A stretch of DNA of 46,371 bases from Planctomycetota bacterium (GCA_038231435.1 JBBRLJ010000040.1:1-46371), one strand, 5' to 3'. Shown: positions 1 through 9,599, counted from the first letter of the stretch. Notes: a model not told the origin generated them from the letters alone. Made by a program: numbers and translations.

Positions 1-34
1 ATGATCGACGGGGGACCCAACGCTCAGCGATGGG

Positions 35-307
35 GCGGGCGCCGAGGGGCGGTCGGCGGATAGAAAGGCCGTAGGCCATCCGCCGACGATTTCGCAGCGT
101 AGCGGAGAAATCGAGCCCCGACAAAGCCCGTGGGGTAGGCCGAAGGCCGTAGGGGCGAAGCCCCTGACTAAACAGCGGGCGCCGAGGGGCGGTCGGCGGA
201 TAGAATCGGCGCAGCCGATCCGCCGACGATTTCGCAGCGCAGCGGAGAAATCGAGCCCCGACAAAGCCCGTGGGGTAGGCCGAAGGCCGTAGGGGCGAAG
301 CCCCTGA
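35..307 (+). repeat. Two tandem copies (period 140 bp) of palindromic intergenic repeat family A, REP/BIME-like
   Basis: 35-167 and 175-307 are near-identical (GCGGGCGCCGAGGGGCGGTCGGCGGATAGAA...AGGGGCGAAGCCCCTGA) and contain several nested hairpins; further copies at 46111-46371. Confidence 0.9.
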
Positions 308-360
308 ATGCAAAGTAGCCCCTGACAAAAACAGCGCCAAGATCCCGGTGGGGGCGCGCG

Positions 361-921
361 ATGGCCAGATACGATTTGAACGTGGGGGATACGGCGCTGG
401 TGCTGATCGACATGCAGGAGCGCTTCCTGCAGGCGGTGCCGGGGATCGCCGAGGATCAGCCGTGCGGGCGGGCGTGCCGGCAGCTGCTGCTCGCGGCGAA
501 GCTGCTGGGGGTTCCGACCACCATCACCGAGCAATACCCGAAGGGCCTCGGACCGACGCTCGGCCACCTGCTCGCCGCCAATCCCGACGCGACGCGACTC
601 GAGAAGATGCATTTCAGCTGCGGCGATGAACCGCGGCTGCGCGCCCATCTGGACGCCCTGCACCGCACCAACGTGGTGCTGTGTGGCATCGAGGCGCACG
701 TCTGCGTGCTGCACACCGCCGCCGACTTGATCGCCCAAGGACGCAACGTGGTCATCGCCGCGGACGGCGTGGCCAGCCGCCAGGACGCGCACCGCGATGC
801 GGCGCTCGCGGCGATGCGCGACCTCGGCGCGTTGCTGGTGCCGGCTGAGAGCATCGCCATGCGCCTCACGCGCGTCGCCGGTACTCCCCTGTTCAAGCAG
901 ATCAGCGCGTTGATCAAGTAA
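361..921 (+). CDS. Isochorismatase-family (cysteine hydrolase fold) protein
   Basis: ALVLIDMQERF, TEQYPKGLGPT, EKMHFSC, GIEAHVCV motifs. Confidence 0.9.
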   Translation: MARYDLNVGDTALVLIDMQERFLQAVPGIAEDQPCGRACRQLLLAAKLLGVPTTITEQYPKGLGPTLGHLLAANPDATRLEKMHFSCGDEPRLRAHLDALHRTNVVLCGIEAHVCVLHTAADLIAQGRNVVIAADGVASRQDAHRDAALAAMRDLGALLVPAESIAMRLTRVAGTPLFKQISALIK

Positions 922-994
922 GCGTCCGTATCGGACCTCGCGTCGGCGGACGCTACCCGAGGTGGGTTGTCGACGACGAACCACGGACCAGCCC

Positions 995-1840
995 TCACGG
1001 CCTGCGCGTCTTGCCCTTGAGGATCTCGCGCATGGTCGGTTCCCGGACCGGCGCCGGCTTGTCCACCGGTTCGGGCTCCTCGGCCACTTCCGTGCCGCCG
1101 GCCTTGTCCGCCATCGGTTGACCCTTGAACAGCAGCGCGCGCTCTTCGTCGGTCAGCTCCCGCGCGCGGCCCGGAGCCAGGTCCGCCGGCAGCTCGAGAG
1201 CGCCGATGCGGTCGCGGTGCAGCAGCACGACCTCGCCACCGAGGGCCGCGATCATCTTGCGGACCTGGTGGTAACGTCCCTCGGACAGGTGGAGCGTGGC
1301 CCGGCCGAGGCCATCGGCGCCGGCGCCCTCGAGTTCGAGCCTGGCCGGCAAGGTCGGCTTCGGATCACCTTCCAGGACCATGCCCTTGGCGCAGCGCGCG
1401 ACCGCGTGGTGGCTGAGCTTGCCGCCGTAGGCGATGCGGTAGCGCTTGAGGACATGACGTCGCGGATTGGTCAGCGCATGGATCAGGTCGCCATCGGTGG
1501 TCACCACGATCAAGCCGCTGGTGTCCCGATCGAGGCGGCCGGCGGTCTCGAGGGGCAGGTGCGCGAGCGCCTGCGGGATGAGCTCGTCGAGGAGCGGGGC
1601 CTCGCGTTCATCGTGGCTGCAGGCGTAGCCGGTGGGCTTGTTCATCAGCAGGGTCGCGGCCGAGATGCCGACCGGGATCTCCTCGCCCGCAACGGTCACG
1701 GTGCGGCCATCCACGTGCGACGACTGGTCGCGGCACACCACCCCGTCGAGCGCCACCTCGCCGCTACGCACCAGGTCGCGCACTTGGCTCCTGGAGCCGA
1801 AACCGCGATGGGACAGGAACGCATCCAACCGCTCAGCCAT
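995..1840 (-). CDS. rsuA: rRNA pseudouridine synthase, RsuA family, with S4 domain
   Basis: S4 domain RLDAFLS..GFGSRSQV; NKPTGY, GRLDRDTSGL, EGRYHQVRKM; ATG at 1840 has GGAGG upstream (ORF track starts at GTG 1852). Confidence 0.85.
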   Translation of the reverse strand: MAERLDAFLSHRGFGSRSQVRDLVRSGEVALDGVVCRDQSSHVDGRTVTVAGEEIPVGISAATLLMNKPTGYACSHDEREAPLLDELIPQALAHLPLETAGRLDRDTSGLIVVTTDGDLIHALTNPRRHVLKRYRIAYGGKLSHHAVARCAKGMVLEGDPKPTLPARLELEGAGADGLGRATLHLSEGRYHQVRKMIAALGGEVVLLHRDRIGALELPADLAPGRARELTDEERALLFKGQPMADKAGGTEVAEEPEPVDKPAPVREPTMREILKGKTRRP

Positions 1841-2849
1841 CGCCGCCTCCACATTCGAGCACCTTGAATCCGTTCAGCTCCTCGATGTCGCGGCAGCCGC
1901 CGAATGCCGTCAGGTCGCGCTCGTACGGCAACCGCTTGTTGGCGACGATCAGCATGCGCCCTCCCGGCGCCAGTGCAGCCGCGGCGCCGCGGAACATGGC
2001 ACGCGCGGCCGCCAGGCTGACCTCGGCGCCTTCGTGGGCCGGGGGATTGATGAGGATCAGATCGAAGGGACCCCCAGGCACCATTTCACTGGCATCCCAC
2101 CACTCGGCACGACCGCGCTCGGCTATGCCGAGCTCACGGAGATTCTCGCGCGCGCTGGCGACGGCGCGTGCATCCGCGTCCAGGAACACCGCCGAGGCTC
2201 CTGGCCATGCTAGCAGGCAGCCAATGCCGAGATGCCCCGCGCCGCAGCCCAGATCGGCCACCCGCGCGACCGCCGGCCTCTTCGCCAGCACACCGAGCAG
2301 CACCTCGGTGCCGGCATCCAGTTCGCCCGGACTGAACACCCCCGGCTCCACCACCAGGGTGCGCGCGTCCCCAGCGGCCAATGGGCTGCGCTCAACACTG
2401 GGCGCGGCGCAGCGATGGCCAAGGCAGGCGAAGACCGCGACCTTGGCCTTGGCGCGATGATGGCTACGCAGCGGAGGGCCTCCGAGCACATCGCCGACGC
2501 GCCTGATCCAGGCGGCGATCCCGAGGGTGTTCGCGCCCGTCACCACCAAGAGCCCGTCCGCTGCGAGTGCTGCGGTAGCAGCGGCCAGATCGGCCTCGGT
2601 TGCCGATCTCCCGCGCTGGATCCGCACCAGGCTCTGCGGGAACCCGCGATCCCGCGGTGGATGCGCGTCGGCCGCGATGCCCAAGGCGAGCGCTTCGAGG
2701 TAAGGGCGGCGCCAGGGCAGCACCGACAGTCCACCCAGGCGAGCCACCGCTGTGCAACCATTGAACTCGAGGACGGGTGCCGCCGCCAGGATCCCCTCGT
2801 CCAGAGCGGGATCGTCGGCGGGATCTACCGCCGCCGCCGGACCGCTCAT
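1833..2849 (-). CDS. Class I SAM-dependent methyltransferase, RsmC/RlmG-like (MTS)
   Basis: PGVFSPGELDAGT, DLGCGAG, ILINPPAH, IVANKRLPY; ATG overlaps the xseB stop (ATGA). Confidence 0.85.
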   Translation of the reverse strand: MSGPAAAVDPADDPALDEGILAAAPVLEFNGCTAVARLGGLSVLPWRRPYLEALALGIAADAHPPRDRGFPQSLVRIQRGRSATEADLAAATAALAADGLLVVTGANTLGIAAWIRRVGDVLGGPPLRSHHRAKAKVAVFACLGHRCAAPSVERSPLAAGDARTLVVEPGVFSPGELDAGTEVLLGVLAKRPAVARVADLGCGAGHLGIGCLLAWPGASAVFLDADARAVASARENLRELGIAERGRAEWWDASEMVPGGPFDLILINPPAHEGAEVSLAAARAMFRGAAAALAPGGRMLIVANKRLPYERDLTAFGGCRDIEELNGFKVLECGGGDG

Positions 2850-3055
2850 TCGCCGGGCGGTCGGTCTGGCTCTGCGCGCAGCTCGTCGAGCCTGGCGGCA
2901 TAGCGATCGAGGAGGGCCTTCGCGAGCTTCACGGATTTGAGTCCCGCCTCGTAGCGCGTCAGGGCCTCTTCCAGGGGCAGCTCGCCGGATTCGAGCGCGG
3001 CGACCGCCTCCTCGATGTTGGTGAAGTGGTCTTCGATCGATGTCGGCTTGGCCAT
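2846..3055 (-). CDS. xseB: Exodeoxyribonuclease VII small subunit
   Basis: 69 aa; IEEAVAALESGELPLEEALTRYEAG signature. Confidence 0.9.
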   Translation of the reverse strand: MAKPTSIEDHFTNIEEAVAALESGELPLEEALTRYEAGLKSVKLAKALLDRYAARLDELRAEPDRPPGE

Positions 3056-3168
3056 GTCCAGGAGCGTAGACCGATGGGCCGCCCAGCAAAGGCCTTGCCC
3101 GATGCCGGGCGATTCTATTATGCCCTACCATCACTCGACCATCACTCGGCGAGCCGTCGATATCATTG

Positions 3169-3519
3169 ATGAAAACCGGTTTATCCATCACAGATGCAAG
3201 CGTCGAGGGCGTCAACGTCCTCAAGCTGACCGGATATCTCGACGGGCACACCTTCGTCGATCTCGAGCGTAAACTGGACTCATTGTACAAGAGCGGCAAA
3301 TTCCGCATCGTGATCGACCTGTCCGGCCTCACCTATATCGCCAGCGCGGGCGTCGGTGCCTTCATCAATGGGCAGCACCAGGCGAAGAAGAACAACGGCT
3401 CGCTGCAGCTGGCGAACGCTGGTCCCCACATCCGCGAGATCTTCGACATCCTCGGCCTCGACGCGATCTTCACCGTCCACGAGACCGTCCCAGCCGCCCT
3501 CAAGGCCGCCAAGATCTGA
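3169..3519 (+). CDS. STAS-domain anti-sigma factor antagonist (RsbV/SpoIIAA-like)
   Basis: IVIDLSGLTYIASAGVG phospho-Ser motif; IREIFDILGL. Confidence 0.9.
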   Translation: MKTGLSITDASVEGVNVLKLTGYLDGHTFVDLERKLDSLYKSGKFRIVIDLSGLTYIASAGVGAFINGQHQAKKNNGSLQLANAGPHIREIFDILGLDAIFTVHETVPAALKAAKI

Positions 3520-3524
3520 CTGTC

Positions 3525-3573
3525 GGTTGGGGGCTACGGCCCCCCAGCATCGCGCTCCGCGCTGCCCCCCCCC
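3525..3573 (+). repeat. Palindromic intergenic repeat family B, copy 1
   Basis: GGTTGGGGGCTACGGCCCCCCAGCATCGCGCTCCGCGCTGCCCCCC matches copies at 8625, 8753 and 43493. Confidence 0.85.
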
Positions 3574-3664
3574 AAGACGCAGGAGGTTTGAGGGAGTGGG
3601 CCCGATGGCTCGGGTGGCCTGATGGAAATCGACGTATAAACTCGGACAAGACGAAGGGACTCGG

Positions 3665-3892
3665 ATGTACAGCAAGGACATTGAACGTCTGGCCCGCTCG
3701 CTTCACGCCCAGCGTCTCGAGCGCGACTACATCGTCCATTACCTGATGGAGAACTACCAGCTCGAGCCCAAGACCATCGATGAGATCCTGGAGCGGGTTG
3801 GCGTGCCCAAGAAACCCACGCCAGGCAAGGGCGGAAGTCCTAAGGGTGGCGAGAAGCCCGACAGCGGCCCGAAGCGCCAATCGTTCTATTGA
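3665..3892 (+). CDS. Hypothetical small protein (75 aa)
   Basis: Host-like codon usage, AAGGGA upstream of the ATG, helical N-terminus and a K/P/G-rich tail. Confidence 0.7.
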   Translation: MYSKDIERLARSLHAQRLERDYIVHYLMENYQLEPKTIDEILERVGVPKKPTPGKGGSPKGGEKPDSGPKRQSFY

Positions 3893-3950
3893 TCATTCGA
3901 CTACTTCAATCCTCGCAGGGCGTTTCTTCAGCACCCTGCTCAGCCTCGAT

Positions 3951-5147
3951 TCAGGGTTTCTTCCAGCCTCCCGGCGACGCGGGCGGATTCGCTGAGGGCT
4001 TCGGCGCTGCCGGAGCGCTTCCGGGCGCGGGGGCCTGGGCCTTGGCGGCATGGTTGGCCGCGCCCGCCAGGGCCTCGACATCGTGGCCCATCATCTTGAG
4101 TCGCTTGGCGATGTCCTCCTTGTCGATGGCGCGGTCGTAGGCCTCCATCGGCTCGACGGTGTCCGACTTCACCAGCTGCTCGAGCGCGTCGTTCAGCAGC
4201 TGCATGCCATAACGCGCGCCGGTCTGCATCTGCGATGGGATCTGGTAGGTCTTTCCCTCGCGGATGTTCGCCGCGATGCCGGCGGTCACGAACAGGATCT
4301 CCTGGGCCGCGACGCGGCCGCCGCCCTTCTTCTTGAGCAGGTTCTGGGCCACCACGCCGCGCAAGCTGCCAGCGAGCATCAACCTGATCTGCTCCTGCTC
4401 CTCGGCCGGGAACTGGTTGATGATGCGGTCCACGGTGCTCGAGGCGGTCGAGGTGTGCAGGGTTCCGAACACCAGATGCCCGGTTTCCGCAGTCTCGATG
4501 GCGATGCGGGTCGTCTCCAGGTCGCGCATTTCGCCCACCAGGACGATATCCGGATCCTCGCGCAACGCGGCGCGTAGGGCGGCGGCGAAGCTCTTGGTGT
4601 GCTGATGCACCTCGCGCTGATTGACCAGGCACTTCTTGGCCGGATGGACGAATTCCACCGGATCCTCGATGGTGATGATGTGCTCCTTGCGGGTGTTGTT
4701 CAGGTGGTCGATCATCGCAGCCAGGGTCGTCGATTTGCCTGAACCTGTGGGGCCGGTGACCAGCACTAGACCCTTCTTGTACTCGGTCAGGCGCATGATG
4801 CCCGGGGACAGGCCGAGCTGCTCGGCGGTCAGGATCTTGTCGGGAATGCGGCGAAACACCGCGCCTGGGCCGAAACGGTCGGCGAAGTAGTTGCAGCGGA
4901 AGCGGCCGAGGCCCTCGAGCGCGTAGGCGAAGTCGGTGTCCCAGGTCTCCTCGAACTGCTTCTTGTTCCGATCCGGAGCGATCTCCATCAGGATCTGGTG
5001 CATCTGCTCCCTGGAGAGCTTCGGCACGCCCTCGAGCTGCATCATATCGCCGGAAGCCCGCACCATCGGCACGTGCTCGCTGGTCATGTGCAAATCCGAT
5101 GCCTTCTTGTCGGCCATCATCTTGAAGAGGTTGTCTATCCACGCCAT
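3951..5147 (-). CDS. pilT: Type IV pilus twitching motility ATPase PilT
   Basis: ASDLH, GPTGSGKSTTLAAMID, TIEDPVE, LREDPDIVLVGEMRD, AETGHLVFGTLHT. Confidence 0.95.
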   Translation of the reverse strand: MAWIDNLFKMMADKKASDLHMTSEHVPMVRASGDMMQLEGVPKLSREQMHQILMEIAPDRNKKQFEETWDTDFAYALEGLGRFRCNYFADRFGPGAVFRRIPDKILTAEQLGLSPGIMRLTEYKKGLVLVTGPTGSGKSTTLAAMIDHLNNTRKEHIITIEDPVEFVHPAKKCLVNQREVHQHTKSFAAALRAALREDPDIVLVGEMRDLETTRIAIETAETGHLVFGTLHTSTASSTVDRIINQFPAEEQEQIRLMLAGSLRGVVAQNLLKKKGGGRVAAQEILFVTAGIAANIREGKTYQIPSQMQTGARYGMQLLNDALEQLVKSDTVEPMEAYDRAIDKEDIAKRLKMMGHDVEALAGAANHAAKAQAPAPGSAPAAPKPSANPPASPGGWKKP

Positions 5148-5480
5148 TGGACGGCTCCTGATCTGTCGAGAAAGGATTCACCGTAATTCGCGCCCTGTCC
5201 AGAGGCAGTCGCCGAATCCGATCACGGTCCATCACCTGCCGAGCCTCGCCATCCGCCGCGCGCCGCATCGCGAAACACACGGTGGGCATCGTCGTTTCGC
5301 TCGCTCATGCGCGGCCGGCGAATCCGTGCCGAGAGGACTGCTTGACGGATCGGCATTCGCAGTTAGCGGATTTTTCCGGGCTTTTCGCGAGGTCGTTCGG
5401 GGAATTGCTCTAGACATGCTGGATTTATCCCTAGAACACGACCCATCACCCTTTCCACCCAACTCGGGGGAGAACACATC

Positions 5481-5870
5481 ATGGCCAAAGCCAAACCCGC
5501 TAAGAAACCCGCAGCGAAGAAGTCATCGACTGTCGCGCTGCTGCCCAAGCCCAAGAAGGGCGACAAGTCCTACACCAAGTCGAAGCTGATCGCGCATCTC
5601 GCCGCGGCGGTCTCGCAGAAGGGCGTGGGCGATGTGAACAAGAAGCAGGCCGCGGCCTTCATCGAAGAACTCACCACCCTGCTCTTCAACTTCGCTCCCG
5701 TCGGCGCCGCGCTGCCGGGCCTGGGCAAGATGATCGTCAAGGAGATCCCGGCCAAGCCGGCTCGCACGATCATGAGCTTCGGCAAGGAGATCAACGTCAA
5801 GGCCAAGCCGAAGAGCCAGAAGGTGGTCTTCCGCTTCAGCAAGGACGCCAAGGACTTCTTCCGCAAGTAA
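5481..5870 (+). CDS. HU/IHF-like DNA-binding protein with Lys/Ala-rich N-terminal tail
   Basis: TKSKLIAHLA helix, LPGLGKMIVKEIPAKPAR arm, KAKPKSQKVVFR; strong SD and downstream terminator. Confidence 0.8.
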   Translation: MAKAKPAKKPAAKKSSTVALLPKPKKGDKSYTKSKLIAHLAAAVSQKGVGDVNKKQAAAFIEELTTLLFNFAPVGAALPGLGKMIVKEIPAKPARTIMSFGKEINVKAKPKSQKVVFRFSKDAKDFFRK

Positions 5871-5912
5871 GCTGTCACCGACATTTTCCTCGGAAAATGC
5901 CGGTTTTCACGC

Positions 5913-5945
5913 GAAACCCTCCCTCACGGGAGGGTTTCTGCGTTT
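5913..5945 (+). terminator. Probable intrinsic terminator after the HU-like gene, between convergent genes
   Basis: 11-bp stem GAAACCCTCCC-TCAC-GGGAGGGTTTC with a short T-rich tail; flanking hairpins at 5882-5899 and 5946-5967. Confidence 0.7.
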
Positions 5946-6033
5946 GCGGCCTCATCCGTGAGGCCGCGCGGTGGTTGGGGTGGTCGGAGGAAGACGAGCG
6001 GCGAACCAGCTACATGGAAGCGCCGCCCCCCAC

Positions 6034-8583
6034 CTACAGCGTGGTCTTGCCCATCGCCAGCGGCTTGCGCTGGCCCATGTCGGCGACCGCCCACAGGTGC
6101 GCCGGCATGCGTCCGTGGTCGATGCGCATGACGCGGCGCTCGCCAGGCATCAGGTCGACGTAATTGTCGTCCCAGGTGGCCGGGGTCTCGTACCCCTCGA
6201 CGCCCACGCGCATGCGCCAGCCCGTGCTGGTGATCTCGATGCGATCCTCGCTGCGCACGAATGTGAGTTCGCCTCCGGTCCCCTGCACCTGGACGACCGG
6301 CACCAGGTAGCGGACGTCGCGTTCGACCTCGCCGTGGTGGATCCAGGTCGCGACGATGGCGTGGCGTCGCCGGTCGAGCCCCGCGGGCAGTGACAGCCGC
6401 GCTGCCTCGCGGGCGGCGGGGCCGGTGACCGAGGGCGCCGCGCGCTGCGAGGCGATGACCTTGCCGGTGAGTATCTCGCGCAGCTCGAGCGCCACTTCGC
6501 CGGACACCACTTGGCCGGGGCGGTCGACCGAGACGTGGGCTGCATAGGTGGTCTGCTCGTCATCGACTGGTTCGATGCCGATCACCGCCGGCCGGAAGCA
6601 GCGTTTGCACTCGTAGTACGCCTGCTTCGGGCGGCGGTAGAAATCGACCACGGCCCAGCAGATGGAGGGCCAGGTCGAGGTGTAGTTCCAGAGGATGACG
6701 CCCCCGGTGACAGGAAGCAGACGGCGGTAATGGCGCACATAGCGGCCGATGGTGTCGGCCTGGAACGCCTGGGTGGTCGCGATCAGGTGGTCGATGCCGA
6801 AGATCGGCCCGAACCATGACGCGCGGCCGATGAGCTTGTCGAATTGGGCGCCATGGACCGCGAACAGGTGGCCAGGGCTCGGACCATTGGCCCGGCTGAC
6901 GTTGCCGACCGACCACAGGTCGTCGAGCGGCACGAAGCTCTCGAGCGATTCGCGTTGCGGGAAGGATTGTGCGCCGAACTCTGAATTGAAGCGCGCGTCG
7001 TCGCCGATCACATCGGTTCCGCGCCAGCCGAACCACACGTCCCAATTGTGCCGGTCCCCCTCCTCGGGGCTGTCGGGATGGACCTTCCCGGACGGACTCG
7101 AGGGGCTGCCCGGGTGGTAGAAGCGCCCCGGATCCAGGCGTTTGATCGCCGCCGGCAGGACTTCGTAGTAGATCGGGTGGAAACGGTCGGTGTCCGGTCC
7201 CTTGTAGCTCGCGACCAGGGCTTCGTTCTCGTTGTTGCCGCACCACAGCGCCAAGGACGGATGCGAACGCAGCCGACGCACGATGTCGTCGGCCTCGCGG
7301 GCGACCTCGGCCAGGTATGCCGCGTCGCGCGGATAGACGCCGCAGGCGAAGCCGAAGTCCTGCCACACCAGCAGCCCGAGTTCATCGCATAGATCGTAGA
7401 AGTCTGCGTGTTCGATGATGCCGCCACCCCAGACGCGCACGCAGTTGACCCCTCCGGCCATGAGCATGGCGAGGTAGTCGCGGTACTGGTCGCGGGTGAC
7501 GCGCGTGTGCAGGAAATCCGGCGGCAGCCAGTTGTCACCCTTGGCCCATATGCGCTTGCCGTTCACGGTGATGTAGAAGACCTTGCCATTCGGGCTGGCC
7601 GGATCCTCGAGCACCACCTGCAGATCGCGGATGCCGCAGCGCCCACTGGCGCGGTGGAGGACGGTCTTGCCATCCTTCGCGTCCTTGAGGCGCAATTCGA
7701 TGCGGTAGAGGTTCGGTTCGCCGAGTTCTCGCGGCCACCACAGCTTGGCCTTGGGCAGCAGGTGCGTGACCTCGATGGTGGTGGTGCCGGTCGCCGCGAT
7801 CTGGGCGTCGACGCTCTCGACCGACTTGCCGTTGACCAGCAGTTCGGCGGTGACGGTGCGCCCGCCTTTCCCTTGGCCCGACCCCGCCATCGCGACATCG
7901 ATTGCGGCGGAAATGGTGCCGCCGCCGCTGGCTACCGGCTTGCCGATCAGGTGCAGGTCCTCGGCCCACACGCCTTCCGAGAATTCGATACGGATGGGAT
8001 CGACGATGCCGACGGTAGGCGTGCGCGCGGCCCAGTCCCAACCGAAGCTCATCTGGCTCTTGCGCACGTAGAGGCGTTCCCAGGGCTCGTTCCAGAACGG
8101 CAGGCGCGGCCCGGCCCTGCGCACCGTACCCAGCCACGAGGCTTCGAACGCGATCGCCAGGCGGTTCGCGCCCTCGCGCAGCTTCCCGGCGAGGTCCACC
8201 ACCAGCCGGCGGAACTGGTTCTCGTGCCGGGCGATGATCTCGCCATTGAGCACCACCACCGCGAAGGTGTCGAGCGACTCGCAGACCAAGCGGGCGGGCA
8301 GCGCGGCCTCGTCGGCGGACAATGTGAACGCCGTGCGGTAGACCCAGTCCCTCTGCTCGATCCACAGCGCGTGCTTACGGTTGTCGGCGTAGAACGGGTC
8401 GGCGATGCGCCCCGAGGTGATCAGGTCCTGGGTCGCCATGCCCGGTACCGTGGCCGGCAGCCAGCCACCAGGACTGGCGGTGGCGGCGCAGGCGGCCACC
8501 GCGAGGTCCTCGCCCGAGCGGTGGGCGCAGTCGATCATCGACCACGGCGAATCGGTTGAGGAGAGCTTGCGGACGATGGTCAT
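6034..8583 (-). CDS. Glycoside hydrolase family 2, beta-mannosidase-like
   Basis: VRKSQMSFGWDW, KGDNWLP, RVWGGG, CDELGLLVWQDF, WCGNNEN, SEFGAQS motifs. Confidence 0.9.
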   Translation of the reverse strand: MTIVRKLSSTDSPWSMIDCAHRSGEDLAVAACAATASPGGWLPATVPGMATQDLITSGRIADPFYADNRKHALWIEQRDWVYRTAFTLSADEAALPARLVCESLDTFAVVVLNGEIIARHENQFRRLVVDLAGKLREGANRLAIAFEASWLGTVRRAGPRLPFWNEPWERLYVRKSQMSFGWDWAARTPTVGIVDPIRIEFSEGVWAEDLHLIGKPVASGGGTISAAIDVAMAGSGQGKGGRTVTAELLVNGKSVESVDAQIAATGTTTIEVTHLLPKAKLWWPRELGEPNLYRIELRLKDAKDGKTVLHRASGRCGIRDLQVVLEDPASPNGKVFYITVNGKRIWAKGDNWLPPDFLHTRVTRDQYRDYLAMLMAGGVNCVRVWGGGIIEHADFYDLCDELGLLVWQDFGFACGVYPRDAAYLAEVAREADDIVRRLRSHPSLALWCGNNENEALVASYKGPDTDRFHPIYYEVLPAAIKRLDPGRFYHPGSPSSPSGKVHPDSPEEGDRHNWDVWFGWRGTDVIGDDARFNSEFGAQSFPQRESLESFVPLDDLWSVGNVSRANGPSPGHLFAVHGAQFDKLIGRASWFGPIFGIDHLIATTQAFQADTIGRYVRHYRRLLPVTGGVILWNYTSTWPSICWAVVDFYRRPKQAYYECKRCFRPAVIGIEPVDDEQTTYAAHVSVDRPGQVVSGEVALELREILTGKVIASQRAAPSVTGPAAREAARLSLPAGLDRRRHAIVATWIHHGEVERDVRYLVPVVQVQGTGGELTFVRSEDRIEITSTGWRMRVGVEGYETPATWDDNYVDLMPGERRVMRIDHGRMPAHLWAVADMGQRKPLAMGKTTL

Positions 8584-8624
8584 GACAGCAGCACACCGTC
8601 GCGCGGCGTGACATCAAGACTCTC

Positions 8625-8839
8625 GGTTGTGGGGCTACGGCCCCCCAACATCGCGCTCCGCGCTGCCCCCCGGGAGGTGGGGAGAAGGGTAGGTTGGGAG
8701 CAGGCGCTGCGCGCTGCTCGAGTGCGATGTTCGTTTCCGTGGGCGGCGCGTTGGCTACGGATCCCCGACATCGCGCTCCGCGCTGCCCCCCGGGAGGCGG
8801 GGAGAAGTGAATGTTGGGAGCAGGCGCTGCGCGCTGCTC
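8625..8839 (+). repeat. Two tandem copies (period 120 bp) of palindromic repeat family B, extended form
   Basis: 8633-8719 and 8753-8839 share GGCTACGG..CCCC.ACATCGCGCTCCGCGCTGCCCCCCGGGAGG.GGGGAGAAG and GTTGGGAGCAGGCGCTGCGCGCTGCTC. Confidence 0.9.
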
Positions 8840-8849
8840 TGATTGGACG

Positions 8850-9599
8850 CTAGTTCGCGAGGGCGGTGCGCTGCAGGACGAACAGCTCGGCGATGCCGGT
8901 CGAGGCGGCGTCGAGGAGACCGTCGAGCTGGGCGCGGCCGAAGACGCCCTGCTCGCCAGTGCCCTGGACCTCGATGAAGTCGGTGGGGGCGGCGCCGACG
9001 GGGCCGCGCATGACCACGTTCATGTCGACGTCGGCCTTGCTGTCGCGGGCGTAGTCGAGGTCGACTTCGAGCTTGCCGGCGACCATGCCCACGCTCAGGG
9101 CGGCGACCTGACCGAGCAGGTAGGCGCCGGGGCCGGTCTTCTTCTGCATGATGGCGAGCGCGCTCAGCGCGTCGTGCAGCGCGACCCAGCCGCCGGTGAT
9201 GGCGGCGGTACGGGTGCCTCCGTCGGCCTGGAGCACGTCGCAATCGATCAGCAGCGAGACCTCGCCGATCGCGTCCAGATTGACCGCCGCGCGCAGGCTG
9301 CGTCCGATCAGGCGCTGGATCTCGACGCTGCGGCCATCCTGCTTGATGCCGTCGCGCCTCTTGCGCGGGCTGGTCGAGCCGGGAAGCATCGAATATTCCG
9401 CGCTGAGCCAGCCGCCGCCACTACCGCGGCGGTGCGGCGGCACCTCGCGCTCGATCGATGCCGTGCACAGCACGCGCGTGTCGCCAAAGGACACCAGGCA
9501 GGAACCCGCCGGATGCTTCACCGCGCGACGTTGGAAGACGATGGATCTCAGGGGCATGTGTTCAGACCGATCTCGCCGCAGCGATGACAGCGGCGGCAT
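8850..9599 (-). CDS. rph: Ribonuclease PH
   Basis: GSCLVSFGDTRVLCTAS, GWLSAEYSMLP, EIQRLIGRSLRA, DCDVLQADGGTRTAAITG, IEVQGTGE; start at 9599 or 9557. Confidence 0.95.
   Translation of the reverse strand: MPPLSSLRRDRSEHMPLRSIVFQRRAVKHPAGSCLVSFGDTRVLCTASIEREVPPHRRGSGGGWLSAEYSMLPGSTSPRKRRDGIKQDGRSVEIQRLIGRSLRAAVNLDAIGEVSLLIDCDVLQADGGTRTAAITGGWVALHDALSALAIMQKKTGPGAYLLGQVAALSVGMVAGKLEVDLDYARDSKADVDMNVVMRGPVGAAPTDFIEVQGTGEQGVFGRAQLDGLLDAASTGIAELFVLQRTALAN

Noticed and set aside
1..310. CRISPR array
   Set aside because: Units are about 133 bp with only a 7-nt gap, there are no unique spacers, and no cas genes are present.
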